Shown: positions 18,939 through 30,429 of the stretch, piece after piece | Layout: the number at the start of each line of letters is the position of its first letter | Numbering within the stretch: the stretch's first letter is position 1 | Source of the DNA: Nitrospinales bacterium | Lineage (GTDB): Bacteria; Nitrospinota; Nitrospinia; Nitrospinales; VA-1 | Direction of reading: 5' to 3' | Assembly: GCA_965223345.1 (NCBI GenBank) | Contig: CBDCWG010000012.1 | Coordinates: 1,056,001-1,120,000, forward strand | DNA: 64,000 nucleotides | Made by a program: the position numbers and the translations under genes | The notes under the pieces: generated by a model | What the model was told of the DNA's origin: nothing | What the model saw: the letters and a program-made list of their open reading frames with translations, nothing else | The model's database searches: none

Positions 18939-19120
18939 ATAAGAATGAGTTTGCTGCCGGCTGATCGCAATTAGAAGGCAAGTTTAATGCATCCACGACG
19001 CGAAAGCAAAACGAATTTTTCCCCGCCGGTTCCCGGATTGGGGCGCGGCCGCCACCGCTTTCGGCGTCCCGGCAGAGGCCTCGCGAGTGCCTGAAATTCC
19101 GCCTGTGCCGCGCCGTGGGC

Positions 19121-19579
19121 TCATTTGATGACGCGCAGGTGGCTGCGGTCTCGTTTGCCCTCTTTCGGCCCGGTGGATTTGCTTTTTTTCCCCTCCAGCG
19201 TGGGGAGGGTGGGCCTGTCGGCTTTCCGGGGCTGCGATTTATTGAGAATCTGGTCCGACAGGTTGATGTCTTTCGGGAGGCACTCCTCCCAGACCTGGCC
19301 TTTTTTCATCTTGGGCTCGTAGATGGCCCAAATCGCCGTGAACGGGATTTCGCATTTGTGGGGCCGGCCGCTGAAGGAGAGGGTCACGTAGATGCCTTCC
19401 TTCTGGATGTCGATGGGCCTCCGGAAGTTCAGGTTGAAGATGAGATTGAGCGAAGGGTCGGTTTTGTAGGCCTTCGGGACCATCACATCCGGCAGCCGGG
19501 CGTCCAGGCACACCATCGCGTCGCCTTCACTGAGCAGGCTGAGCAGGAAATCGTACTTCTCCTTGTTCAAATCTTCCAT
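19121..19579 (-). CDS. SspB-like ClpXP adaptor
   Basis: TLSFSG.P..C.IPF.AIWAIY core and C-terminal HLRVIK ClpX-binding tail. Confidence 0.8.
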   Translation of the reverse strand: MEDLNKEKYDFLLSLLSEGDAMVCLDARLPDVMVPKAYKTDPSLNLIFNLNFRRPIDIQKEGIYVTLSFSGRPHKCEIPFTAIWAIYEPKMKKGQVWEECLPKDINLSDQILNKSQPRKADRPTLPTLEGKKSKSTGPKEGKRDRSHLRVIK

Positions 19580-19828
19580 CCGGCTAAAATACCACAAATT
19601 GGCATATCGAAAAAGTCATCCTTGCCGTTTGCGCCCGGCGGGCGGGATTCGGCCCTGCGCGGCGCTCTTGTGGGGCCAAAGGCGAGGTGCTATGATGCCT
19701 GCTTATGCTCATTGTGCGGGAAAGCCCCGGCGGGCTTGTTGTCACGGGTTTTTCGCCCGGGAAGGTGGGCTGCGATTGAAGTGAGAGGATCGGATTTTTG
19801 TGAAACGGCGGGATCGGGAGAGAACTAT

Positions 19829-20740
19829 ATGGCTTTGAAGAAACTGGGGTTTGCTTTTTGTGCGTGGTTGTTCGTTCACAGCGTGGGCCTGGTGGCGGCC
19901 AACGCCGAGACGGTGGAGGTGATGGAAAACATTTACACGATCGTGCACGGCGAGGGCATCGATTCCAACACCACCTTCATCGTCACACGCGAAGGGGTGA
20001 TCGTGATCGACACGCGCGTGAGCCCTGCGGAGGCGCGCAAAGTCATGCAGGAAATCCGCAAAGTGACGGACCTTCCCATCCGTTACACGATCAACACGCA
20101 TTACCACGGCGACCACACCTTCGGCAACCAGGTGTTTGCCGACACCAAGACCATCATCGCGCACGAGAACGTGCGCAAATCGCTGGTGGGCTCACTGGGC
20201 CGCGATCATCTGGAAAAATTCAAGTCTTTCAAGATCCCGGGTTTGGATGAGGTCACCGTGACGCCGCCCAATCTGGTGTTCGAAAAGAAGATGCACATCT
20301 ACCTGGGCGGCTACCATCTGGAGCTGATCCACTTCGGGCGCGGGCACACCGACGGCGATATCTTCATCTACATGAATGCGCTCAAGACCGTCATCACGGG
20401 AGATCTGGTCTTCAACGAAAACCACCCCTATATGGGCGACGGCTACGTGGAGGAGTGGATTGCCACGCTGCAGTTCATCGAGGACATCGAAAACGAAGTG
20501 ATCATTCCCGGCCACGGCCCGGTGGGCGGCAAGCCGATCGTAATCGCCATGAAGCACTATCTTCTGGATCTGAAATCCAGGGTGAAGGCGCAGCTGGAGG
20601 CGGGGAAAGGACTGGAAGAGACGGTGGAGGCGGTACGGCAGGGCATGCTGAAGAAATACAAACACTGGGGTAAGAAGAACAACCTGGACAACAACATCAA
20701 GCGGACGTTTCTGGAACTCAGCCTCAAGGAATCCTCATGA
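19829..20740 (+). CDS. secreted MBL-fold metallo-hydrolase (cyclase-like)
   Basis: THYHGDH, GHTDGD, TGDL, PGHG; signal peptide from ATG 19829. Confidence 0.9.
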   Translation: MALKKLGFAFCAWLFVHSVGLVAANAETVEVMENIYTIVHGEGIDSNTTFIVTREGVIVIDTRVSPAEARKVMQEIRKVTDLPIRYTINTHYHGDHTFGNQVFADTKTIIAHENVRKSLVGSLGRDHLEKFKSFKIPGLDEVTVTPPNLVFEKKMHIYLGGYHLELIHFGRGHTDGDIFIYMNALKTVITGDLVFNENHPYMGDGYVEEWIATLQFIEDIENEVIIPGHGPVGGKPIVIAMKHYLLDLKSRVKAQLEAGKGLEETVEAVRQGMLKKYKHWGKKNNLDNNIKRTFLELSLKESS

Positions 20741-20765
20741 TCCTGCATCCTTGAATCCGTTTCCT

Positions 20766-21671
20766 CTAAGCTTCCGGTCTTTTGAGCCGGTCCTCCGCCC
20801 GGACTTTTCGCAAATACCGGCTGAATCCAAACAGAAACAAAGTGGCTCCGAGCATTTCCGAGCCTTCCTCAACGGCGATCAAAAACCTTCCCTGTGACAG
20901 GCCGAGGGGGTCCACCACATTTTTCGCCAAGCCCTCGAGCAGGATCACCGAGACCCAAAAAGAAAGCGCCACGAACATGATGGCCATCACGTCGGGATAT
21001 CGTTTGAACTGGGTGAAAAAAAAACGGATGAGAAGGGCAACCGCGATGAGGATGAAGGGGCCGTAAAACCACAGCCACTCGTGGATGAAGTGGAAAACGG
21101 TACCGTCCGGATCGATGCTCTGGGACCATTTGATGAAGTTCTCGTGTATACCCAGGCCATCGTCCAAAGCGAGATATAAAAAAAGGCAGGCGACGAGATA
21201 CCAGGGTTTGCGATATTTCTCGTCGCCTGTGTGAGGGTGGGTTTCCCAGGCGACGATCAGGACGAAAACACCGAGGATGAACAATTGCACGGTCGAAAAA
21301 TGCGTGCCGTATCCCTGCTCGGCGTTGAGGTTCCAATGGAAATCCTCGGGATAGAAAAACCACATGGTTTCCAGGATCACCTCCAGAGCGAGGAGGATGC
21401 CGAAAAAATAATAGCGGTTCGGGCTTTCAAGCAGGGAGGTTTTCAATCGGCCGGTCCATGTGTCTCGAAAATCACGGTTGAGCACACCCAAAAGAAAAAC
21501 CGCCGCCAGAAGCGCTCCAAGGGGATTGTTCAGCTTTTTTCCCGGGGCGGGGATGACATGCAAGTCGAACTGGGTGTTTAGAAAAATGAGAACAAGGACG
21601 ATCGCATCGATGACGATGAACAGCTTCAGAAAAATTTCGACTCTGTTTTTCCAGGAGGTTTGACTGGGCAT
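20766..21671 (-). CDS. multi-pass membrane protein of unknown function
   Basis: About 8 hydrophobic segments; LDDGLGIHE and EEGSEMLG motifs. Confidence 0.8.
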   Translation of the reverse strand: MPSQTSWKNRVEIFLKLFIVIDAIVLVLIFLNTQFDLHVIPAPGKKLNNPLGALLAAVFLLGVLNRDFRDTWTGRLKTSLLESPNRYYFFGILLALEVILETMWFFYPEDFHWNLNAEQGYGTHFSTVQLFILGVFVLIVAWETHPHTGDEKYRKPWYLVACLFLYLALDDGLGIHENFIKWSQSIDPDGTVFHFIHEWLWFYGPFILIAVALLIRFFFTQFKRYPDVMAIMFVALSFWVSVILLEGLAKNVVDPLGLSQGRFLIAVEEGSEMLGATLFLFGFSRYLRKVRAEDRLKRPEA

Positions 21672-21738
21672 GCGTTGCGGGGGGTTGGGGTAAAACAGCG
21701 GTCTGAAAACCGCTCACAAATAAAAGAAACTTTTGGAA

Positions 21739-23532
21739 CTAGTCCGACAGGATTCCTTTTTTCTTCCAGTATTCCCGCAGCGTGTGCTGCTCATCGAGAA
21801 AAGTGTCCAGATACGTGTGATTGGCGGGGATCATTGGCATCACGTGGCCCATGCTCTTGTCGTTGTAGGGATACTTGACGTCGAGCACGTAGGGGCCCTT
21901 GTGCTTGAGCATGCGTTTCAACGCGGGAACCACTTCCTCGGGCTTGGAGATGCTTTCCGATTGGATGCCGAAGGCGTGCGCTATTTCGGCGAAGTTGGCG
22001 TCTCCTAAAAACGTGTGGCCCCGGAGGGATTTGTAAAAGCGGTCCTCCCATTGTGCGACCATGCCCAGATGGGCGTTGTTCAGGACCACGTTTTTGACCG
22101 GGATGTTCTCGATCCGCAAGGTCTGCAATTCCTGGATGTTCATGAGGAAGCTGCCGTCGCCCTCGATGTTGATCACCTGCCGCTTGGGATAGGCGACCTG
22201 CGCGCCCAGGGCCGCGGGCAGCCCGAACCCCATCGCGCCCAGGCCCGACGAGCACAGCCAGTGGAACGGCTTGTCGAAATTCCAGAACTGGGCCACCCAC
22301 ATCTGGTGCTGGCCCACGCCCACCGAAACGATCACGTCTTTTTCCGCGAGCTTGTTGCATTCCTCGATGACGTGCTGCGGCACGATGGCTTTTTTGTCCA
22401 GCTTGTACTGCAGCGGAAATTCCTTTTTCCAGCCCTCAATCTGTTTCATCCAGGGACCGATGTCTTTTTTCGGCTCCACCTTCTCGTTCATCATTTTGAG
22501 CGCCTGCTTGACGTCCCCCTGGATGGGAATGTCGATGGGGATGTTCTTGTTGATCTCGGTGGCGTCGATGTCCACATGGATGAATTTGGCGCCCTTGCAG
22601 AACTCGGACAATTTCCCGGTCACGCGGTCGTCGAAACGCACCCCGAGCGCGATCACCAGATCCGCGTGATTGATGGCGATGTTAGCGTACACCGCGCCGT
22701 GCATTCCCAGCATGCGCAGCGACAGCGGGTCGTCCGAAGGGTATGCGCCGAGACCCATGACCGTCGTGGTGACGGGGACCTTCGATTTGCGCACGAACGT
22801 CACCAGGTCCGAAGAAGCGCCGGAGGTGACGATGCCGCCGCCCGCATAGATGAGCGGCCGTTTCGCTTCCTTGATGGCGTGCAGGGCCTTTTTGATCTGC
22901 ATGGGTGACGGTTTCAGATTGGGCTTGTAGCTGGGCAGGTCGAACTTGACCTTGAAATCCGGAACGATCTCCTGCTGCTGGATGTTCTTGGGGATGTCGA
23001 TCAAAACCGGTCCCGGCCGTCCCGTTCTGGCGATGGTGAACGCCTCGTGCACCACTTGCGGAATGTCTTTGATGTCCTGAACCAGGTAGCTGTGCTTCAC
23101 CAGCGGAAACGTCGCGCCCATGATGTCGGTTTCCTGAAAGGCGTCGCTGCCGAGCACGGTGGAGGGCACCTGTCCGGTGATGGCGACGATGGGGATCGAA
23201 TCCATCTTCGCGTCCATGATGCCGGTGAGCAGGTTGGTCGCTCCCGGTCCGGACGTCGCTAGACAAACGCCGACCCTGCCGGTGCTGCGGGCGTAGCCGC
23301 CGGCGGCGAAGCTGCCGCCCTGCTCGTGACGCGGCAGGACCATGCGGATTTTCTTGCTCAGCGTCAATCCCTGATGGATTTCCATCGACGCGCCGCCCGG
23401 ATAGCCGAAGATGACATCGACGCCCTCGTTTTCCAGGGCCTTCACGAGGATGTCGCGGCCTTTCATGATGGGGGCGCTGGACTGCGCTTTACTCGCTGTG
23501 GAACTCTTCTTTTTTGCGGTTTTGGTAGCCAT
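21739..23532 (-). CDS. ilvB: acetolactate synthase large subunit
   Basis: FGYPGG, RHEQG, TSGPGATN, GMHG, RFDDRVTG, GQHQMW, GDGSF. Confidence 0.96.
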   Translation of the reverse strand: MATKTAKKKSSTASKAQSSAPIMKGRDILVKALENEGVDVIFGYPGGASMEIHQGLTLSKKIRMVLPRHEQGGSFAAGGYARSTGRVGVCLATSGPGATNLLTGIMDAKMDSIPIVAITGQVPSTVLGSDAFQETDIMGATFPLVKHSYLVQDIKDIPQVVHEAFTIARTGRPGPVLIDIPKNIQQQEIVPDFKVKFDLPSYKPNLKPSPMQIKKALHAIKEAKRPLIYAGGGIVTSGASSDLVTFVRKSKVPVTTTVMGLGAYPSDDPLSLRMLGMHGAVYANIAINHADLVIALGVRFDDRVTGKLSEFCKGAKFIHVDIDATEINKNIPIDIPIQGDVKQALKMMNEKVEPKKDIGPWMKQIEGWKKEFPLQYKLDKKAIVPQHVIEECNKLAEKDVIVSVGVGQHQMWVAQFWNFDKPFHWLCSSGLGAMGFGLPAALGAQVAYPKRQVINIEGDGSFLMNIQELQTLRIENIPVKNVVLNNAHLGMVAQWEDRFYKSLRGHTFLGDANFAEIAHAFGIQSESISKPEEVVPALKRMLKHKGPYVLDVKYPYNDKSMGHVMPMIPANHTYLDTFLDEQHTLREYWKKKGILSD

Positions 23533-23595
23533 AATGTGTTGAGCACGTTAACTGAATTGCCGATGCATGTCAAACCCAAACCCCGCGCTTGGGGC

Positions 23596-24528
23596 TCAGG
23601 AAGCGGGCGGGGATGCGGCGGTCAGCAGGATCCCTTCCCGCAGACCGTATTCGCTCACGGTGAGCTTCTCGCAGGCGAACGCCCACATGGTTTCCAGCAC
23701 CAGCAGGCCGCCTGCGATGATGAGGTCCTCGCGGCCCCGTTCCAGGGGTTTCAGCTTCAGCCTTTCGGCAATGGAGCGGGATTTCAGGCCTTCCTGGATG
23801 GCGTCGATTCGGTCCCGCGAAAGCACGTGGCCGTGGATTTTTTCCGGGTCGTAGGGGTAAAGGTCCAGGTCCAGCGCCGCCAGGGTCGTCACCGTGCCGG
23901 CGGTGCCGAGCAGCAGCTCGGGCTGAAAGTCGCAAAGCTCGTTGCGGACCGTGTCGAGCTCCGTGCGGATGTGGTTCTGCATTTGCCGGTATTCGGTGTC
24001 CACCACCGGGTGGCGGGTGAGGAAACGTTCGGTCATCCGGACGGTGCCCAGCCGGGTGCCGCGGGCGCGCTGCATTTTTGGGCCGCGCGACAGGATGTAT
24101 TCGGTGCTGCCGCCGCCGATGTCGAAGCTGAGGGCGGGGCGGTCTTTATGGTCGATCTTCCAGAACACGCCTTGCAGCGTGAGGCGGGCTTCTTCCTCCC
24201 AGGGGATCACCTCGATGCGGATTCCCGTGCGCTCCTGCACTTGTCTGACAAACTCTGCACCGTTGGACGCTTCCCGCACCGCGCTGGTGGCCACCGCCCG
24301 CAGGCGGAGGGGTTCGTGGCGGCTCAGGATCTGCTGAAATTCCGACAGCACCTGCACGGTGGCGTCCATCCTTGCGGGAAGCAGGCATTTCTGCGTGTCC
24401 ATGCCTTCGCCGAGGCGGGTGATCCTGCGTTCGGAATTCAGCTCGCGAAAATTTCCGTCGGCATCGGATTGCAGGATCAACAGCCGCACAGTGTTGGTGC
24501 CGATGTCGATGGAGGCGAAGCGTTTCAT
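23596..24528 (-). CDS. Ppx/GppA phosphatase
   Basis: IDIGTNT, ATSAVREA, DIGGGSTE, GLREG; start overlaps the upstream stop (ATGA). Confidence 0.93.
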   Translation of the reverse strand: MKRFASIDIGTNTVRLLILQSDADGNFRELNSERRITRLGEGMDTQKCLLPARMDATVQVLSEFQQILSRHEPLRLRAVATSAVREASNGAEFVRQVQERTGIRIEVIPWEEEARLTLQGVFWKIDHKDRPALSFDIGGGSTEYILSRGPKMQRARGTRLGTVRMTERFLTRHPVVDTEYRQMQNHIRTELDTVRNELCDFQPELLLGTAGTVTTLAALDLDLYPYDPEKIHGHVLSRDRIDAIQEGLKSRSIAERLKLKPLERGREDLIIAGGLLVLETMWAFACEKLTVSEYGLREGILLTAASPPAS

Positions 24529-25628
24529 TCCATGAAGGGGAGCAGTTTCTCGTTGTCGATGGTGAGGATGAGGTAAAACCCGACGGCGGTGAACAAAACG
24601 ATGGGCCCCCAGGCCGCCATGATCGGACCGAACGTGCCGCCGCGCCCCAGGGACACCGCCATGGCGTACACGAAGGAGAACGACAATCCCATGGCGAGGT
24701 TGACGGCCACGGAGAACAGGACGCCGCCGTGCCGGCTCGATCTTAGTGAAAGCGGAATGCCGATGAGCGCCAGCACAATGGCGATGAACGGGTAGGAGAG
24801 CTTGTAGTTGAGATCCACCCATTTTTCGGAGACGTCCATGCCGTCGGCTTCACGGGATTTGATCTCCTCGTACATGCTGCGGATGCTCATCTCCTCGGGG
24901 CGGATTTTGTAGGTCTTGAAATCCTCGGGGGTCTCGGGAACCTTGAGATAGGTCTTTTCGAAATATTCGGTTTTTTCCAGCCCGGAGGAATCAAACGTGC
25001 GGATGTGGCCGTCCTGAAATTCCCAGCGGCCCTGGTTCCACACCGCCTGCTCGCAGTCGATGCGTTTTTCGATCGTCTGGTCCGAGCGCGGGAAGAAGAT
25101 GCGGATGCCGTGCAGGATGGCGTTTTTGTGATCGTAGGTTTCGATGTTCCAGATGGCGCCGTTGTCCGACTTGTACCAGATCTTTTCCTTTTCGATCATT
25201 CCGTAGCTGTGGCGTTTGTGCACCTTGACGTAATAGATGTAATTCATCTTCTTGCTGGTGACCGGCGCGATGTATTCGTTGCACAGAAGAATCAGGCAGG
25301 CGATGACCACCGACATGCCGACGATGGGCATGGCGATTCCGGTCACGCTGATGCCGCAGGCTTTCATGGCGGTGATCTCCTGGGTCTTGGCCAGAGAGGC
25401 GATGGCGATCACGGTGGCGATCAGCACCGCCTGCGGCGCCATGTAGAAGATGACGAAGGGGATTTTCAGCACGTAGTACCACAGCGTTTCCAGGAAAGGA
25501 GAATTTTTGCTGATGAATTCGTCGGCCCGCTCGAAAAAATCCCCCATGATGAAAATGCCCACCAGTCCGCCGGCGGAGAACAGGTAAAAATTCAGAAAGC
25601 GTTTGAGGACGTATTTTTTAAGCAGCAT
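24525..25628 (-). CDS. LPS export permease LptF/LptG family (probably LptG)
   Basis: EITAMKACGIS, three plus three TMs around a periplasmic domain, AAWGP. Confidence 0.9.
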   Translation of the reverse strand: MLLKKYVLKRFLNFYLFSAGGLVGIFIMGDFFERADEFISKNSPFLETLWYYVLKIPFVIFYMAPQAVLIATVIAIASLAKTQEITAMKACGISVTGIAMPIVGMSVVIACLILLCNEYIAPVTSKKMNYIYYVKVHKRHSYGMIEKEKIWYKSDNGAIWNIETYDHKNAILHGIRIFFPRSDQTIEKRIDCEQAVWNQGRWEFQDGHIRTFDSSGLEKTEYFEKTYLKVPETPEDFKTYKIRPEEMSIRSMYEEIKSREADGMDVSEKWVDLNYKLSYPFIAIVLALIGIPLSLRSSRHGGVLFSVAVNLAMGLSFSFVYAMAVSLGRGGTFGPIMAAWGPIVLFTAVGFYLILTIDNEKLLPFME

Positions 25629-25640
25629 CGCGGTGTCCGT

Positions 25641-26729
25641 TCAGCGGCGGTTTTCTGAAGAGAGCGGGTCCCCTTGCAGAACGAATCGTTGCAGCGCCCG
25701 GTTCAGGGGGGCGAGATCCGGCCGGTTCGTCAAGGTCTCGGTCACGTAGGTCAAGGTTTGCGGGATGTATTGCAGATAGCGGTCGTTGCCGCGCGCGACG
25801 CTTTGAAACGCGAAGGTGCCCACGGCTTTCAGGTTCCTCTGGATAGACATTCTATCAAAGATTCCCTGAAATGCGGCGCGATCGACGCTGCGATTCTCGT
25901 TTTTTTCCTTGCAGCGGATGAAATGTTCGATCATTTCGTTTCTGAAATCCGGTTCAAGGGGAAAATAGGAATCCTTCAGCAGCGAGGCGAGGTCGTACTG
26001 ACAGGGGCCCATACGGGCGTCCTGAAAATCGAGCAGGATCAGGTTCCCGTCTTTCACCATCAGGTTGCGGCAGTGATAATCGCGGTGGGTGAAAAACGTC
26101 TCTTCGGCGGCCAGCGTTGCGCATAGATCCAGAAGGGGACGGCGCAGGTCCGCAAGATCGCTTTCTGCGAGCGAGACGCCTTTGAGCCCGGTCACGTAAT
26201 GCTCGATCATGAAGTCCAGTTCCCACATCAGCTTTTCCACGTCGAACCTGAGGGCGTGCGCCGGGCAATCCGGGCCGAGGGCGCGCGTGGCGCGGTGATG
26301 CAGGTCCGCAAGCAGCTCCACCGCCTGCCGGTAACAGGTTTCGGTTTTCTCCGGGTGATGTTTGAGCTCATCCTCCATCGTGCGGGGGCCGCAGTCCTCG
26401 AGAAACAAGAGACCCCTTGCGGCATCGTAGTGGTACAGCCTGGGAACCGGCAGTTCGAGTTTCTGCAAATATTTTAGAATGGCGGTGAAGTCGGTGTCTG
26501 CGCCTGCAACCGGTTCCTGAAGCTGCATGAGAATCGCGGTCCGCTCCGCTGGGTTTTCGGAAGGCATGCGGTATTGCAGGCGAAAATATTTGCGGTCCGA
26601 AGCGTCTCCCTGCAGGGGGAGCGCCGTCACGGCCTGTACGGGCGCGCGGAAGACGCTGTGCAGAATTTCGGAGAGGTAGGCCGTGTCGAATCGGATTTGG
26701 GATGCCTCGTTTTCAGGCGGTTGGGTCAT
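25641..26729 (-). CDS. APH-family phosphotransferase, AmgK-like (MurNAc/GlcNAc kinase)
   Basis: GDASDRKYFR, HRDYHCRNL, DFQDARMGP, QRNLKAVGTF. Confidence 0.85.
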   Translation of the reverse strand: MTQPPENEASQIRFDTAYLSEILHSVFRAPVQAVTALPLQGDASDRKYFRLQYRMPSENPAERTAILMQLQEPVAGADTDFTAILKYLQKLELPVPRLYHYDAARGLLFLEDCGPRTMEDELKHHPEKTETCYRQAVELLADLHHRATRALGPDCPAHALRFDVEKLMWELDFMIEHYVTGLKGVSLAESDLADLRRPLLDLCATLAAEETFFTHRDYHCRNLMVKDGNLILLDFQDARMGPCQYDLASLLKDSYFPLEPDFRNEMIEHFIRCKEKNENRSVDRAAFQGIFDRMSIQRNLKAVGTFAFQSVARGNDRYLQYIPQTLTYVTETLTNRPDLAPLNRALQRFVLQGDPLSSENRR

Positions 26730-26826
26730 GGCGTGCCCTGGGAGGGGAAAAATAAATCCATTTCACTATTCTGCCATCTTAAAGTAAACTTTTCGCTCGT
26801 TAAAATATTCTCTTTGGAGGAGAAAC

Positions 26827-27153
26827 ATGCCGAAACCAAGTTACCATATCCTGGTTTGCACCAACAAGAGGCCGCCGGGGCATCCCAGAGGGTCGTGCGG
26901 AGAAAACGGCGCCGACGGCGTTCTTGAAAAATTCGCTTCCCAGATCGAGGAAAAAATGCTGTTTGGAAAAGTCATCATTTCCTCCTCTTCCTGTCTGGGG
27001 CCCTGTTCCATCGGACCCGTGGTGATCGTCTATCCGGACGGCGTCTGGTACAACAAGGTCAAGCCGGATGACGTGGGAGAAATTCTCGACAGTCATATCG
27101 GTAAGGGAGAGAAAGTGGCGCGGCTGGAGATCCCGGATGAACTCTGGGGTTGA
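26827..27153 (+). CDS. thioredoxin-like [2Fe-2S] ferredoxin
   Basis: HILVCTN.R...GSC, SCLGPC..GP..VYPDGVWY. Confidence 0.92.
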   Translation: MPKPSYHILVCTNKRPPGHPRGSCGENGADGVLEKFASQIEEKMLFGKVIISSSSCLGPCSIGPVVIVYPDGVWYNKVKPDDVGEILDSHIGKGEKVARLEIPDELWG

Positions 27154-27169
27154 GTGTCTCTGAGTTTGC

Positions 27170-27200
27170 AGGCGCTTCCTTAAAGGGAGCGCCTTTTTTC
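27170..27200 (+). terminator. rho-independent terminator
   Basis: GGCGCTTCC-TTAAA-GGGAGCGCC-TTTTTT. Confidence 0.8.
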
Positions 27201-27213
27201 TTTCCCCGATTTT

Positions 27214-27816
27214 TCACGATTCGTCGTCATCCGCATCCGCGAGTTTCAAGATCGCGTTCCACAGCTCCTTCCTGCCGGTTTTGCTCTGACTGGAAAAGAG
27301 GATCGGCCCGCCTTCCTTCTCCCCGAAAAACGCTTCCCGGATCTGCTCTTTTTGTTTCTTGCGCTCGGACGGGCGCACCTTGTCCGTTTTCGTGGCCACC
27401 AGGATATAGCGGATGCCGAGCGCGTCGAGCCAGTGCTTGAGATCCAGATCCAGTTGTGTGGGCGAGCGGCGCAGGTCCACCAGAAACACCAGGGCGCGCA
27501 GGCTTTGTCTCTCTGTCAGGTATTGCTCGATCATTTTTTTCCAGCGGCGCTGCACCGGGGGCGGCACCTTGGCGTAGCCGTAGCCGGGCAGGTCGGTGAA
27601 GATGAGACGTTCGTTGATGCTGAAGAAGTTGATCTCCTGTGTTTTACCCGGGGTCGCGCTGGTGCGCACCAGTTTTTTGCGGTTGAGCAGCGTGCGGATC
27701 AGAGAGGATTTGCCCACGTTGGAGCGGCCGGCAAACGCGAACTCCGGCAGGCTTTCCGGTGGGTACTGCCTGGCCGACACCGCGCCCTTTATGAATTTGG
27801 CCGAGAGGATCTTCAT
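27214..27816 (-). CDS. engB: ribosome biogenesis GTPase EngB/YihA
   Basis: GRSNVGKSS, PGKT, DLPGYG, TKTDK. Confidence 0.95.
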   Translation of the reverse strand: MKILSAKFIKGAVSARQYPPESLPEFAFAGRSNVGKSSLIRTLLNRKKLVRTSATPGKTQEINFFSINERLIFTDLPGYGYAKVPPPVQRRWKKMIEQYLTERQSLRALVFLVDLRRSPTQLDLDLKHWLDALGIRYILVATKTDKVRPSERKKQKEQIREAFFGEKEGGPILFSSQSKTGRKELWNAILKLADADDDES

Positions 27817-27851
27817 CGTGCGGGCCGCCTGCCGGTTGACCCGGCCGGGGT

Positions 27852-29150
<1,299 letters not shown>

Positions 29151-29274
29151 AACGGATCTTCAGCATGGAAAAGGATTCAAACGGCTATGCACCGGACACC
29201 GTGCGAGCGGACCGCCGCAGGGCGCACGGCAACCCGTCCGGCTGGCTCGGAGGTCCGATTATAGCAAATTTTTC

Positions 29275-29745
29275 TCACAATGCTTCACAGTCGCACAACT
29301 CACGGATATAACGCACCAAAGAGCGGATGGTGGGGGCTTTGAGGGTGTGGCCCCAGGCGGGCATGCAGGGGGCGCGCCCGACGGCGAGGCCGCCTTTCTG
29401 GATGGCGTCGAACAGCTGCTGATCGGTGCGGGTTTCCAGGTAATCTTTCTTCGTGTGGTCGCGCGGCGGCACGGTGAGCAGGAGCGCGTTGACACCATCG
29501 CCTTTTCCCTGCACGCCGTGGCATTGCGCGCAATACCATTGGTACAGCTCGCGAGTTTCATCGGTGACGGCGGCCTGCCCGGCCGGCTTGGCGGCGGCGG
29601 GAGCGCTGGCAGCCGGCGGCTCGACCGGCGGTTTTCCAGTGGTCTTCTTGTCGGGCGGCTGCGCTTCGCCGCAGGCCTGCAAAAAAAACAGCACCGGCAC
29701 GATGAAGAGCGAAAGCGTCCTGATCATTGAGTTCGGGCTACGCAT
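29275..29745 (-). CDS. monoheme cytochrome c lipoprotein
   Basis: Lipobox LQAC, Pro/Ala linker, CAQCH, distal CMPAWG. Confidence 0.88.
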   Translation of the reverse strand: MRSPNSMIRTLSLFIVPVLFFLQACGEAQPPDKKTTGKPPVEPPAASAPAAAKPAGQAAVTDETRELYQWYCAQCHGVQGKGDGVNALLLTVPPRDHTKKDYLETRTDQQLFDAIQKGGLAVGRAPCMPAWGHTLKAPTIRSLVRYIRELCDCEAL

Positions 29746-29748
29746 CGA

Positions 29749-30420
29749 TCACTCGGCCTCCCTGGCGAGCTTGAGCGAGGCGATGTAGCGGGTCAGCGTG
29801 AGCGCCGTCGCGTCATCCAGATCGTAGCGGGGCATGCGGCTTTTTTCCAGATAGGTCTCGGGCGATTGCAGCCATTTCAGCACCCATCCGGCCTGCAGCC
29901 GGTTGCCGGCGTCAGCCAGCGACGGGCCGGAAACGCCTCCCCGCGGTTTGCCGGCCAGGTTGATGCCTTCGTGACAGGCGATGCAGCCGAAATTTCTTTC
30001 GAACAGGATCTTCGCTTTCACCCGCTGTCCCTTGCTCAGCGGCTCGACCTCTGTTTTTGCCGCGGACGCATCGGAAACTTTGAGCGTGAGCAGAAACCGG
30101 CTCATCGCCTGCGCCTCTTCGGCGGAAAGGGCCGGATGCGCGACGGTGGCGGCCTCGCCTTTGAGAAATCCGGGGGCGCCGCTGAAACCGGCCTTGCGGA
30201 TGACGACGGGTTGAGTGAGAAACTCTTGCAGCCAGCCAGCCTGGAATTTTTCTCCTGCGTAAAAGAGGTCGGGAGCCTTGCGTTTTTCGAACGGTTGCTC
30301 AGCGGCAATCCGGTGGCACTGGGTGCAGCCTTTTTCCTCAGCGGGGTTCGCCTGGGCTGCAACCGTTTGGGCCGCAAGCAACGGGAAGAGAAAACTCACA
30401 ATGATGCCGGTCAACCGCAT
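29749..30420 (-). CDS. diheme cytochrome c
   Basis: Signal peptide, CTQCH and CIACH, SRMP. Confidence 0.9.
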   Translation of the reverse strand: MRLTGIIVSFLFPLLAAQTVAAQANPAEEKGCTQCHRIAAEQPFEKRKAPDLFYAGEKFQAGWLQEFLTQPVVIRKAGFSGAPGFLKGEAATVAHPALSAEEAQAMSRFLLTLKVSDASAAKTEVEPLSKGQRVKAKILFERNFGCIACHEGINLAGKPRGGVSGPSLADAGNRLQAGWVLKWLQSPETYLEKSRMPRYDLDDATALTLTRYIASLKLAREAE

Positions 30421-30429
30421 GCTAATGCC

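Noticed and set aside
19115..19828. N-terminal extension of the 541-aa ORF
   Set aside because: Overlaps the sspB-like gene antisense; a signal peptide and SD support a start at 19829
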